From the NCBI GenBank assembly GCA_964016885.1, contig OZ024744.1:806001-870000 (forward strand): DNA of 64,000 nt, read 5' to 3'. The stretch is from Eledone cirrhosa. Its lineage: Eukaryota. How positions within the stretch are numbered: the first letter of the stretch is position 1; each line of letters starts with the position of its first letter. The translations under genes and the position numbers were made by a program. This document shows, piece by piece, positions 50,501 through 62,699 of this stretch. Under the pieces are notes generated by a model. That model saw only the letters and a program-made list of their open reading frames with translations, ran no database searches and had not been told where the DNA came from.

Positions 50501-53500
50501 GGTGAAGAACGAAATTTTGAGGGAAGACAAGGTAGAGAAAAATAGCTTGGTGAAGAACGACGTTTTGAGGGAAGACAAGGTAGAGAAAGATAGCTTGGTG
50601 AAGAACGAAGTTTTGGGGGAAGACAAGGTAGAGAAAGATAGCTTGATGAAGTACGAAGTTTTGGGGGAAGACAAGGTAGAGAAAGATAGCTTGGTGAAGA
50701 ACGACGTTTTGAGGGAAGACAAGGTAGAGAAAGATAGCTTGGTGAAGAACGAAGTTTTGGGGGACGACAAGGTAGAGAAAGATAGCTTGATGAAGTACGA
50801 AGTTTTGGGGGAAGACAAGGTAGAGAAAGATAGCTTGGTGAAGAACGACGTTTTGTGGGAAGACAAGTTAGAGAAACATAGTTGGTGAAGAACGAAGTTT
50901 TGAGGGAAGACAAGGTAGAGAAAGATAGCTTGATGAAGAACGAAGTTTTGAGGGAAGACAAGGTAGAGAAAGATAGCTTGGTGAAGAACGAAGTTTTGAG
51001 GGAAGACAAGGTAGAGAAAGATAGCTTCATGAAGAACGAAGTTTTGGGGGAAGACAAAGTATAGAAAGATAGCTTGGTGAAGAACGAAGTTTTGGGGGAA
51101 GACAATGTAGAAAAAGATAGCTTGATGAAGAACGAAGTTTTGGGGGAAGACAAGGTAGAGAAAGATAGCTTGGTGAAGAACGAGGTTTTGAGGGAAGACA
51201 AGGTAGAGAAAGATAGCTTGGTGAAGAATGAAGTTTTGGGGGAAGACAAGGTAGAGAAAGATAGCTTGGTGAAGAACGAAGTTTTGAGGGAAGACAAGGT
51301 AGAGAAAGATAGCTTGGTGAAGAACGAAGTTTTGGGGGAAGACAAGGTAGAGAAAGATAGCTTGGTGAAGAACGAAGTTTTGAGGGAAGACAAGGTAGAG
51401 AAAGATAGTTGGTGAAGAACGAAATTTTGAGGGAAGACAAGGTAGAGAAAAATAGCTTGGTGAAGAACGACGTTTTGAGGGAAGACAAGGTAGAGAAAGA
51501 TAGCTTGGTGAAGAACGAAGTTTTGGGGGAAGACAAGGTAGAGAAAGATAGCTTGATGAAGTACGAAGTTTTGGGGGAAGACAAGGTAGAGAAGGATAGC
51601 TTGATGAAGTACGAAGTTTTGGGGGAAGACAAGGTAGAGAAAGATAGCTTGGTGAAGAACGACGTTTTGTGGGAAGACAAGGTAGAGAAACATAGTTGGT
51701 GAAGAACGAAGTTTTGAGGGAAGACAAGGTAGAGAAAGATAGCTTGATGAAGAACGAAGTTTTGAGGGAAGACAAGGTAGAGAAAGATAGCTTGGTGAAG
51801 AACGAAGTTTTGAGGGAAGACAAGGTAGAGAAAGATAGCTTGGTGAAGAACGAAGTTTTGAGGGAAGACAAAGTATAGAAAGATAGCTTGGTGAAGAACG
51901 AAGTTTTGGGGGAAGACAATGTAGAGAAAGATAGCTTGATGAAGAACGAAGTTTTGGGGGAAGACAAGGTAGAGAAAGATAGCTTGGTGAAGAACGAAGT
52001 TTTGAGGGAAGACAAGGTAGAGAAAGATAGCTTGGTGAAGAACGAAGTTTTGAGGGAAGACAAGGTAGAGAAAGATAGCTTGGTGAAGAACGAAGTTTTG
52101 GGGGAAGACAAGGTAGAGAAAGATAGCTTGGTGAAGAACGAAGTTTTGAGGGAAGACAAGGTAGAGAAAGATAGTTGGTGAAGAACGAAATTTTGAGGGA
52201 AGACAAGGTAGAGAAAAATAGCTTGGTGAAGAACGACGTTTTGAGGGAAGACAAGGTAGAGAAAGATAGCTTGGTGAAGAACGAAGTTTTGGGGGAAGAC
52301 AAGGTAGAGAAAGATAGCTTGATGAAGTACGAAGTTTTGGGGGAAGACAAGGTAGAGAAAGATAGCTTGGTGAAGAACGACGTTTTGAGGGAAGACAAGG
52401 TAGAGAAAGATAGCTTGGTGAAGAACGAAGTTTTGGGGGAAGACAAGGTAGAGAAAGATAGCTTGATGAAGTACGAAGTTTTGGGGGAAGACAAGGTAGA
52501 GAAAGATAGCTTGGTGAAGAACGACGTTTTGTGGGAAGACAAGTTAGAGAAACATAGTTGGTGAAGAACGAAGTTTTGAGGGAAGACAAGGTAGAGAAAG
52601 ATAGCTTGATGAAGAACGAAGTTTTGAGGGAAGACAAGGTAGAGAAAGATAGCTTGGTGAAGAACGAAGTTTTGAGGGAAGACAAGGTAGAGAAAGATAG
52701 CTTCATGAAGAACGAAGTTTTGGGGGAAGACAAAGTATAGAAAGATAGCTTGGTGAAGAACGAAGTTTTGGGGGAAGACAATGTAGAAAAAGATAGCTTG
52801 ATGAAGAACGAAGTTTTGGGGGAAGACAAGGTAGAGAAAGATAGCTTGGTGAAGAACGAGGTTTTGAGGGAAGACAAGGTAGAGAAAGATAGCTTGGTGA
52901 AGAACGAAGTTTTGGGGGAAGACAAGGTAGAGAAAGATAGCTTCATGAAGAACGAAGTTTTGAGGGAAGACAAGGTAGAGAAAGATAGCTTGGTGAAGAA
53001 CGAAGTTTTGAGGGAAGACAAAGTATAGAAAGATAGCTTGGTGAAGAACGAAGTTTTGGGGGAAGACAATGTAGAGAAAGATAGCTTGATGAAGAACGAA
53101 GTTTTGAGGGAAGACAAGGTAGAGAAAGATAGCCTGGTGAAGAACGAAGTTTTGGGGGATGACAAAGTAGAGAAAGATAGCTTGGTGAAGAACGAAGTTT
53201 TGGGGGAAGACAAGGTAGAGAAAGATAGCTTAATGAAGAACAAAGTTTTGGGGGAAGACAAGGAAGAGGAAGATAGCTTGGTGAAGAACGAAGTTTTAGG
53301 GAAGGCAAGGTAGAGAAAGATAGCTTGGTGAAGAACGAAGTTTTGGGGGAAGACAAGGTAGAGAAAGATAGCTTGGTGAAGAACGAAGTTTTGCGGAAGA
53401 CAAGGTAGAGAAATATAGCTCGGTGAAGAACGAAGTTTTGAGGGAAGACAAGGTAGAGAAAGATAGTTGGTGAAGAACGAAATTTTGAGGGAAGACAAGG

Positions 53501-56500
53501 TAGAGAAAGATAGCTTGATGAAGAACAAAGTTTTGAGGGAAGACAAGGTAGAGAAAGATAGCTTGTTGAAGTACGAAGTTTTGAGGGAAGACAAGGTAGA
53601 GAAAGATAGCTTGGTGAAGAACGAAGTTTTGGGGGAAGACAAAGTATAGAAAGATAGCTTGGTGAAGAACGAAGTTTTGGGGGAAGACAATGTAGAGAAA
53701 GATAGCTTGATGAAGAATGAAGTTTTGGGGGAAGACAAGGTAGAGAAAGATAGCTTGGTGAAGAACGAGGTTTTGAGGGAAGACAAGGTAGAGAAAGATA
53801 GCTTGGTGAAGAACGAAGTTTTGGGGGAAGACAAGGTAGAGAAAGATAGCTTGGTGAAGAACGAAGTTTTGAGGGAAGACAAGGTAGAGAAAGATAGCTT
53901 GGTGAAGAACGAAGTTTTGGGGGAAGACAAGGTAGAGAAAGATAGCTTGGTGAAGAACGAAGCTTTGAGGGAAGACAAGGTAGAGAAAGATAGTTGGTGA
54001 AGAACGAAATTTTGAGGGAAGACAAGGTAGAGAAAAATAGCTTGGTGAAGAACGACGTTTTGAGGGAAGACAAAGTAGAGAAAGATAGCTTGGTGAAGAA
54101 CGAAGTTTTGGGGGAAGACAAGGTAGAGAAAGATAGCTTGATGAAGTACGAAGTTTTGGGGGAAGACAAGGTAGAGAAAGATAGCTTGGTGAAGAACGAC
54201 GTTTTGAGGGAAGACAAGGTAGAGAAAGATAGCTTGGTGAAGAACGAAGTTTTGGGGGAAGACAAGGTAGAGAAAGATAGCTTGATGAAGTACGAAGTTT
54301 TGGGGGAAGACAAGGTAGAGAAAGATAGCTTGGTGAAGAACGACGTTTTGTGGGAAGACAAAGTAGAGAAACATAGTTGGTGAAGAACGAAGTTTTGAGG
54401 GAAGACAAGGTAGAGAAAGATAGCTTGATGAAGAACGAAGTTTTGAGGGAAGACAAGGTAGAGAAAGATAGCTTGGTGAAGAACGAAGTTTTGAGGGAAG
54501 ACAAGGTAGAGAAAGATAGCTTCATGAAGAACGAAGTTTTGAGGGAAGACAAGGTAGAGAAAGATAGCTTGGTGAAGAACGAAGTTTTGAGGGAAGACAA
54601 AGTATAGAAAGATAGCTTGGTGAAGAACGAAGTTTTGGGGGAAGACAATGTAGAGAAAGATAGCTTGATGAAGAACGAAGTTTTGGGGGAAGACAAGGTA
54701 GAGAAAGATAGCTTGGTGAAGAACGAAGTTTTGAGGGAAGACAAGGTAGAGAAAGATAGCTTGGTGAAGAACGAAGTTTTGAGGGAAGACAAGGTAGAGA
54801 AAGATAGCTTGGTGAAGAACGAAGTTTTGGGGGAAGACAAGGTAGAGAAAGATAGCTTGGTGAAGAACGAAGTTTTAAGGGAAGACAAGGTAGAGAAAGA
54901 TAGTTGGTGAAGAACGAAATTTTGAGGGAAGACAAGGTAGAGAAAAATAGCTTGGTGAAGAACGACGTTTTGAGGGAAGACAAGGTAGAGAAAGATAGCT
55001 TGGTGAAGAACGAAGTTTTGGGGGAAGACAAGGTAGAGAAAGATAGCTTGATGAAGTACGAAGTTTTGGGGGAAGACAAGGTAGAGAAAGATAGCTTGGT
55101 GAAGAACGACGTTTTGAGGGAAGACAAGGTAGAGAAAGATAGCTTGGTGAAGAACGAAGTTTTGGGGGACGACAAGGTAGAGAAAGATAGCTTGATGAAG
55201 TACGAAGTTTTGGGGGAAGACAAGGTAGAGAAAGATAGCTTGGTGAAGAACGACGTTTTGTGGGAAGACAAGTTAGAGAAACATAGTTGGTGAAGAACGA
55301 AGTTTTGAGGGAAGACAAGGTAGAGAAAGATAGCTTGATGAAGAACGAAGTTTTGAGGGAAGACAAGGTAGAGAAAGATAGCTTGGTGAAGAACGAAGTT
55401 TTGAGGGAAGACAAGGTAGAGAAAGATAGCTTCATGAAGAACGAAGTTTTGGGGGAAGACAAAGTATAGAAAGATAGCTTGGTGAAGAACGAAGTTTTGG
55501 GGGAAGACAATGTAGAAAAAGATAGCTTGATGAAGAACGAAGTTTTGGGGGAAGACAAGGTAGAGAAAGATAGCTTGGTGAAGAACGAGGTTTTGAGGGA
55601 AGACAAGGTAGAGAAAGATAGCTTGGTGAAGAATGAAGTTTTGGGGGAAGACAAGGTAGAGAAAGATAGCTTGGTGAAGAACGAAGTTTTGAGGGAAGAC
55701 AAGGTAGAGAAAGATAGCTTGGTGAAGAACGAAGTTTTGGGGGAAGACAAGGTAGAGAAAGATAGCTTGGTGAAGAACGAAGTTTTGAGGGAAGACAAGG
55801 TAGAGAAAGATAGTTGGTGAAGAACGAAATTTTGAGGGAAGACAAGGTAGAGAAAAATAGCTTGGTGAAGAACGACGTTTTGAGGGAAGACAAGGTAGAG
55901 AAAGATAGCTTGGTGAAGAACGAAGTTTTGGGGGAAGACAAGGTAGAGAAAGATAGCTTGATGAAGTACGAAGTTTTGGGGGAAGACAAGGTAGAGAAGG
56001 ATAGCTTGATGAAGTACGAAGTTTTGGGGGAAGACAAGGTAGAGAAAGATAGCTTGGTGAAGAACGACGTTTTGTGGGAAGACAAGGTAGAGAAACATAG
56101 TTGGTGAAGAACGAAGTTTTGAGGGAAGACAAGGTAGAGAAAGATAGCTTGATGAAGAACGAAGTTTTGAGGGAAGACAAGGTAGAGAAAGATAGCTTGG
56201 TGAAGAACGAAGTTTTGAGGGAAGACAAGGTAGAGAAAGATAGCTTCATGAAGAACGAAGTTTTGAGGGAAGACAAGGTAGAGAAAGATAGCTTGGTGAA
56301 GAACGAAGTTTTGAGGGAAGACAAAGTATAGAAAGATAGCTTGGTGAAGAACGAAGTTTTGGGGGAAGACAATGTAGAGAAAGATAGCTTGATGAAGAAC
56401 GAAGTTTTGGGGGAAGACAAGGTAGAGAAAGATAGCTTGGTGAAGAACGAAGTTTTGAGGGAAGACAAGGTAGAGAAAGATAGCTTGGTGAAGAACGAAG

Positions 56501-57300
56501 TTTTGAGGGAAGACAAGGTAGAGAAAGATAGCTTGGTGAAGAACGAAGTTTTGGGGGAAGACAAGGTAGAGAAAGATAGCTTGGTGAAGAACGAAGTTTT
56601 GAGGGAAGACAAGGTAGAGAAAGATAGTTGGTGAAGAACGAAATTTTGAGGGAAGACAAGGTAGAGAGAAATAGCTTGGTGAAGAACGACGTTTTGAGGG
56701 AAGACAAGGTAGAGAAAGATAGCTTGGTGAAGAACGAAGTTTTGGGGGAAGACAAGGTAGAGAAAGATAGCTTGATGAAGTACGAAGTTTTGGAGGAAGA
56801 CAAGGTAGAGAAAGATAGCTTGGTGAAGAACGACGTTTTGAGGGAAGACAAGGTAGAGAAAGATAGCTTAGTGAAGAACGAAGTTTTGGGGGAAGACAAG
56901 GTAGAGAAAGATAGCTTGATGAAGTACGAAGTTTTGGGGGAAGACAAGGTAGAGAAAGATAGCTTGGTGAAGAACGACGTTTTGTGGGAAGACAAGGTAG
57001 AGAAACATAGTTGGTGAAGAACGAAGTTTTGAGGGAAGACAAGGTAGAGAAAGATAGCTTGATGAAGAACGAAGTTTTGAGGGAAGACAAGGTAGAGAAA
57101 GATAGCTTGGTGAAGAACGAAGTTTTGAGGGAAGACAAGGTAGAGAAAGATAGCTTCATGAAGAACGAAGTTTTGAGGGAAGACAAGGTAGAGAAAGATA
57201 GCTTGGTGAAGAACGAAGTTTTGAGGGAAGACAAAGTATAGAAAGATAGCTTGGTGAAGAACGAAGTTTTGGGGGAAGACAATGTAGAGAAAGATAGCTT
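43600..57300 (+). repeat. About three copies of a 4.4-4.6 kb higher-order unit (offsets 4,597, 4,549, 4,405 and 4,453 bp, differing by whole monomers)
   Basis: ORF pairs 44321/48918 to 47099/51696 differ by 4,597, 47339/51888 to 48918/53467 by 4,549, 49254/53659 to 51696/56101 by 4,405, and 51888/56341 by 4,453. GAAGCTTTG (49555/53960), GGGGACGAC and TTTTAAGGG are shared by copies 2 and 3. Confidence 0.9.
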
Positions 57301-57585
57301 GATGAAGAACGAAGTTTTGGGGGAAGACAAGGTAGAGAAAGATAGCTTGGTGAAGAACGAAGTTTTGAGGGAAGACAAGGTAGAGAAAGATAGCTTGGTG
57401 AAGAACGAAGTTTTGGGGGAAGACAAGGTAGAGAAAGATAGCTTGGTGAAGAACGAAGTTTTGAGGGAAGACAATGTAGAGAAAGATAGCTTGGTGAAGA
57501 ACGAAGTTTTGGGGAAAGACAAGGTAGAGAAAGATAGCTTGGTGAAGAACGAAGTTTTGAGGGAAGACAAGGTAGAGAAAGATAG

Positions 57586-60170
57586 TTGGTGAAGAACGAA
57601 ATTTTGAGGGAAGACAAGGTAGAGAAAGATAGCTTGGTGAAGAACGACGTTTTGAGGGAAGACAAGGTAGAGAAAGATAGCTTGGTGAAGAACGACGTTT
57701 TGAGGGAAGACAAGGTAGAGAAAGATAGCTTGGTGAAGAACGAAGTTTTGGGGGAAGACAAGGTAGAGAAAGATAGCTTGATGAAGTACGAAGTTTTGGG
57801 GGAAGACAAGGTAGAGAAAGATAGCTTGGTGAAGAACGACGTTTTGTGGGAAGACAAGGTAGAGAAACATAGTTGGTGAAGAACGAAATTTTGAGGGAAG
57901 ACAAGGTAGAGAAAGATAGCTTGGTGAAGAACGAAGTTTTGAGGGAAGACAAGGTAGAGAAAGATAGCTTGATGAAGAACGAAGTTTTGAGGGAAGACAA
58001 GGTAGAGAAAGATAGCTTGGTGAAGAACGAAGTTTTGGGGGAAGACAAGGTAGAGAAAGATAGCTTGGTTTAGAACGAAGTTTTGAGGGAAGACAAGGTA
58101 GAGAAAGATAGCTTGGTGAAGAACGAAGTTTTGGGGGAAGACAAGGTAGAGAAAGATAGCTTGGTGAAGAACGTAGTTTTGAGGGAAGACAAGGTAGAGA
58201 AAGATAGCTTGTTGAAGAACGAAGTTTTGAGGGAAGACAAGGTAGAGAAAGATAGCTTGGTGAAGAACGAAGTTTTGAGGGAAGACAAGGTAGAGAAAGA
58301 TAGCTTGGTGAAGAACGAAGTTTTGAGGGAAGACAAGGTAGAGAAAGATAGTTGGTGAAGAACGAAGTTTTGAGGGAAGACAAGGTAGAGAAAGATAGCT
58401 TGGTGAAGAACGACGTTTTGAGGGAAGACAAGGTAGAGAAAGATAGCTTGATGAAGTACGAAGTTTTGGGGGAAGACAAGGTAGAGAAAGATAGCTTGGT
58501 GAAGGACGACGTTTTGAGGGAAGACAAGGTATAGAAAGAGAGCTTGATGAAGAACGACGTTTTCGGGGAAGAAAAGGTAGAGAAAGATAGCTTGGTGAAG
58601 AACGAAGTTTTGGGGGAAGACAAGGTAGAGAAAGATAGCTTGGTGAAGAACGAAGTTTTGAGGGAAGACAAGGTAGAGAAAGATAGCTTGGTGAAGAACG
58701 AAGTTTTGAGGGAAGACAAGGTAGAGAAAGATAGCTTGGTGAAGAACGAAGTTTTGGGGGAAGACAAGGTAGAGAAAGATAGCTTGGTGAAGAACGAACT
58801 TTTGAGGGAAGACAAGGTAGAGAAAGATAGTTGGTGAAGAACGAAATTTTGAGGGAAGACAAGGTAGAGAAAAATAGCTTGGTGAAGAACGACGTTTTGA
58901 GGGAAGACAAGGTAGAGAAAGATAGCTTGGTGAAGAACGACGTTTTGAGGGAAGACAAGGTAGAGAAAGATAGCTTGGTGAAGAACGAAGTTTTGGGGGA
59001 AGACAAGGTAGAGAAAGATAGCTTGATGAAGTACGAAGTTTTGGGGGAAGACAAGGTAGAGAAAGATAGCTTGGTGAAGAACGACGTTTTGTGGGAAGAC
59101 AAGGTAGAGAAACATAGTTGGTGAAGAACGAAATTTTGAGGGAAGACAAGGTAGAGAAAGATAGCTTGGTGAAGAACGAAGTTTTGAGGGAAGACAAGGT
59201 AGAGAAAGATAGCTTGATGAAGAACGAAGTTTTGAGGGAAGACAAGGTAGAGAAAGATAGCTTGGTGAAGAACGAAGTTTTGGGGGAAGACAAGGTAGAG
59301 AAAGATAGCTTGGTTTAGAACGAAGTTTTGAGGGAAGACAAGGTAGAGAAAGATAGCTTGGTGAAGAACGAAGTTTTGGGGGAAGACAAGGTAGAGAAAG
59401 ATAGCTTGGTGAAGAACGTAGTTTTGAGGGAAGACAAGGTAGAGAAAGATAGCTTGTTGAAGAACGAAGTTTTGAGGGAAGACAAGGTAGAGAAAGATAG
59501 CTTGGTGAAGAACGAAGTTTTGAGGGAAGACAAGGTAGAGAAAGATAGCTTGGTGAAGAACGAAGTTTTGAGGGAAGACAAGGTAGAGAAAGATAGTTGG
59601 TGAAGAACGAAGTTTTGAGGGAAGACAAGGTAGAGAAAGATAGCTTGGTGAAGAACGACGTTTTGAGGGAAGACAAGGTAGAGAAAGATAGCTTGATGAA
59701 GTACGAAGTTTTGGGGGAAGACAAGGTAGAGAAAGATAGCTTGGTGAAGGACGACGTTTTGAGGGAAGACAAGGTATAGAAAGAGAGCTTGATGAAGAAC
59801 GACGTTTTCGGGGAAGAAAAGGTAGAGAAAGATAGCTTGGTGAAGAACGAAGTTTTGGGGGAAGACAAGGTAGAGAAAGATAGCTTGGTGAAGAACGAAG
59901 TTTTGAGGGAAGACAAGGTAGAGAAAGATAGCTTGGTGAAGAACGAAGTTTTGAGGGAAGACAAGGTAGAGAAAGATAGCTTGGTGAAGAACGAAGTTTT
60001 GGGGGAAGACAAGGTAGAGAAAGATAGCTTGGTGAAGAACGAAGTTTTGAGGGAAGACAAGGTAGAGAAAGATAGTTGGTGAAGAACGAAATTTTGAGGG
60101 AAGACAAGGTAGAGAAAAATAGCTTGGTGAAGAACGACGTTTTGAGGGAAGACAAGGTAGAGAAAGATAG
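57586..60170 (+). repeat. Tandem duplication, offset 1,245 bp (26 monomers minus 3 bp), with its own variants
   Basis: ORF pairs 57586/58831, 57873/59118, 58083/59328, 58352/59597 and 58544/59789 differ by 1,245. GGTTTAGAAC and AACGTAGTT were seen only here. Confidence 0.93.
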
Positions 60171-62699
60171 CTTGGTGAAGAACGAAGTTTTGGGGGAAGA
60201 CAAGGTAGAGAAAGATAGCTTGATGAAGTACGAAGTTTTGGGGGAAGACAAGGTAGAGAAAGATAGCTTGGTGAAGAACGACGTTTTGAGGGAAGACAAG
60301 GTAGAGAAAGATAGCTTGGTGAAGAACGAAGTTTTGGGGGAAGACAAGGTAGAGAAAGATAGCTTGATGAAGTACGAAGTTTTGGGGGAAGACAAGGTAG
60401 AGAAAGATAGCTTGGTGAAGAACGACGTTTTGTGGGAAGACAAGTTAGAGAAACATAGTTGGTGAAGAACGAAGTTTTGAGGGAAGACAAGGTAGAGAAA
60501 GATAGCTTGATGAAGAACGAAGTTTTGAGGGAAGACAAGGTAGAGAAAGATAGCTTGGTGAAGAACGAAGTTTTGAGGGAAGACAAGGTAGAGAAAGATA
60601 GCTTCATGAAGAACGAAGTTTTGGGGGAAGACAAAGTATAGAAAGATAGCTTGGTGAAGAACGAAGTTTTGGGGGAAGACAATGTAGAAAAAGATAGCTT
60701 GATGAAGAACGAAGTTTTGGGGGAAGACAAGGTAGAGAAAGATAGCTTGGTGAAGAACGAAGTTTTGGGGGAAGACAAGGTAGAGAAAGATAGCTTCATG
60801 AAGAACGAAGTTTTGAGGGAAGACAAGGTAGAGAAAGATAGCTTGGTGAAGAACGAAGTTTTGAGGGAAGACAAAGTATAGAAAGATAGCTTGGTGAAGA
60901 ACGAAGTTTTGGGGGAAGACAATGTAGAGAAAGATAGCTTGATGAAGAACGAAGTTTTGAGGGAAGACAAGGTAGAGAAAGATAGCCTGGTGAAGAACGA
61001 AGTTTTGGGGGATGACAAAGTAGAGAAAGATAGCTTGGTGAAGAACGAAGTTTTGGGGGAAGACAAGGTAGAGAAAGATAGCTTGATGAAGAACAAAGTT
61101 TTGGGGGAAGACAAGGAAGAGGAAGATAGCTTGGTGAAGAACGAAGTTTTAGGGAAGACAAGGTAGAGAAAGATAGCTTGGTGAAGAACGAAGTTTTGGG
61201 GGAAGACAAGGTAGAGAAAGATAGCTTGGTGAAGAACGAAGTTTTGCGGAAGACAAGGTAGAGAAATATAGCTCGGTGAAGAACGAAGTTTTGAGGGAAG
61301 ACAATGTAGAGAAAGATAGTTGGTGAAGAACGAAATTTTGAGGGAAGACAAGGTAGAGAAAGATAGCTTGATGAAGAACAAAGTTTTGAGGGAAGACAAG
61401 GTAGAGAAAGATAGCTTGATGAAGTACGAAGTTTTGGGGGAAGACAAGGTAGAGAAAGATAGCTTGGTGAAGAACGAAGTTTTGAGGGAAGACAAGGTAG
61501 AGAAAGATAGCTTGATGAAGAACGAAGTTTTGAGGGAAGACAAGGTAGGGAAAGATAGCTTGGTGAAGAACGAAGTTTTGAGGGAAGACAAGGTAGAGAA
61601 AGATAGCTTGGTGAAGAACGACGTTTTGGGGGAAGACAAAGTATAGAAAGATAGCTTGGTGAAGAACGAAGTTTTGGGGGAAGACAATGTAGAGAAAGAT
61701 AGCTTGATGAAGAATGAAGTTTTGGGGGAAGACAAGGTAGAGAAAGATAGCTTGGTGAAGAACGAGGTTTTGAGGGAAGACAAGGTAGAGAAAGATAGCT
61801 TGGTGAAGAACGAAGTTTTGGGGGAAGACAAGGTAGAGAAAGATAGCTTGGTGAAGAACGAAGTTTTGAGGGAAGACAAGGTAGAGAAAGATAGCTTGGT
61901 GAAGAACGAAGTTTTGGGGGAAGACAAGGTAGAGAAAGATAGCTTGGTGAAGAACGAAGTTTTGAGGGAAGACAAGGTAGAGAAAGATAGTTGGTGAAGA
62001 ACGAAATTTTGAGGGAAGACAAGGTAGAGAAAGATAGCTTGGTGAAGAACGAAGTTTTGAGGGAAGACAAGGTAGAGAAAGATAGCTTGGTGAAGAACGA
62101 AGTTTTGGGGGAAGACAAGGTAGAGAAAGATAGCTTGGTGAAGAACGAAGTTTTGAGGGAAGACAAGGTAGAGAAAGATAGTTGGTGAAGAACGAAATTT
62201 TGAGGGAAGACAAGGTAGAGAAAAATAGCTTGGTGAAGAACGACGTTTTGAGGGAAGACAAAGTAGAGAAAGATAGCTTGGTGAAGAACGAAGTTTTGGG
62301 GGAAGACAAGGTAGAGAAAGATAGCTTGATGAAGTACGAAGTTTTGGGGGAAGACAAGGTAGAGAAAGATAGCTTGGTGAAGAACGACGTTTTGAGGGAA
62401 GACAAGGTAGAGAAAGATAGCTTGGTGAAGAACGAAGTTTTGGGGGAAGACAAGGTAGAGAAAGATAGCTTGATGAAGTACGAAGTTTTGGGGGAAGACA
62501 AGGTAGAGAAAGATAGCTTGGTGAAGAACGACGTTTTGTGGGAAGACAAAGTAGAGAAACATAGTTGGTGAAGAACGAAGTTTTGAGGGAAGACAAGGTA
62601 GAGAAAGATAGCTTGATGAAGAACGAAGTTTTGAGGGAAGACAAGGTAGAGAAAGATAGCTTGGTGAAGAACGAAGTTTTGAGGGAAGACAAGGTAGAG

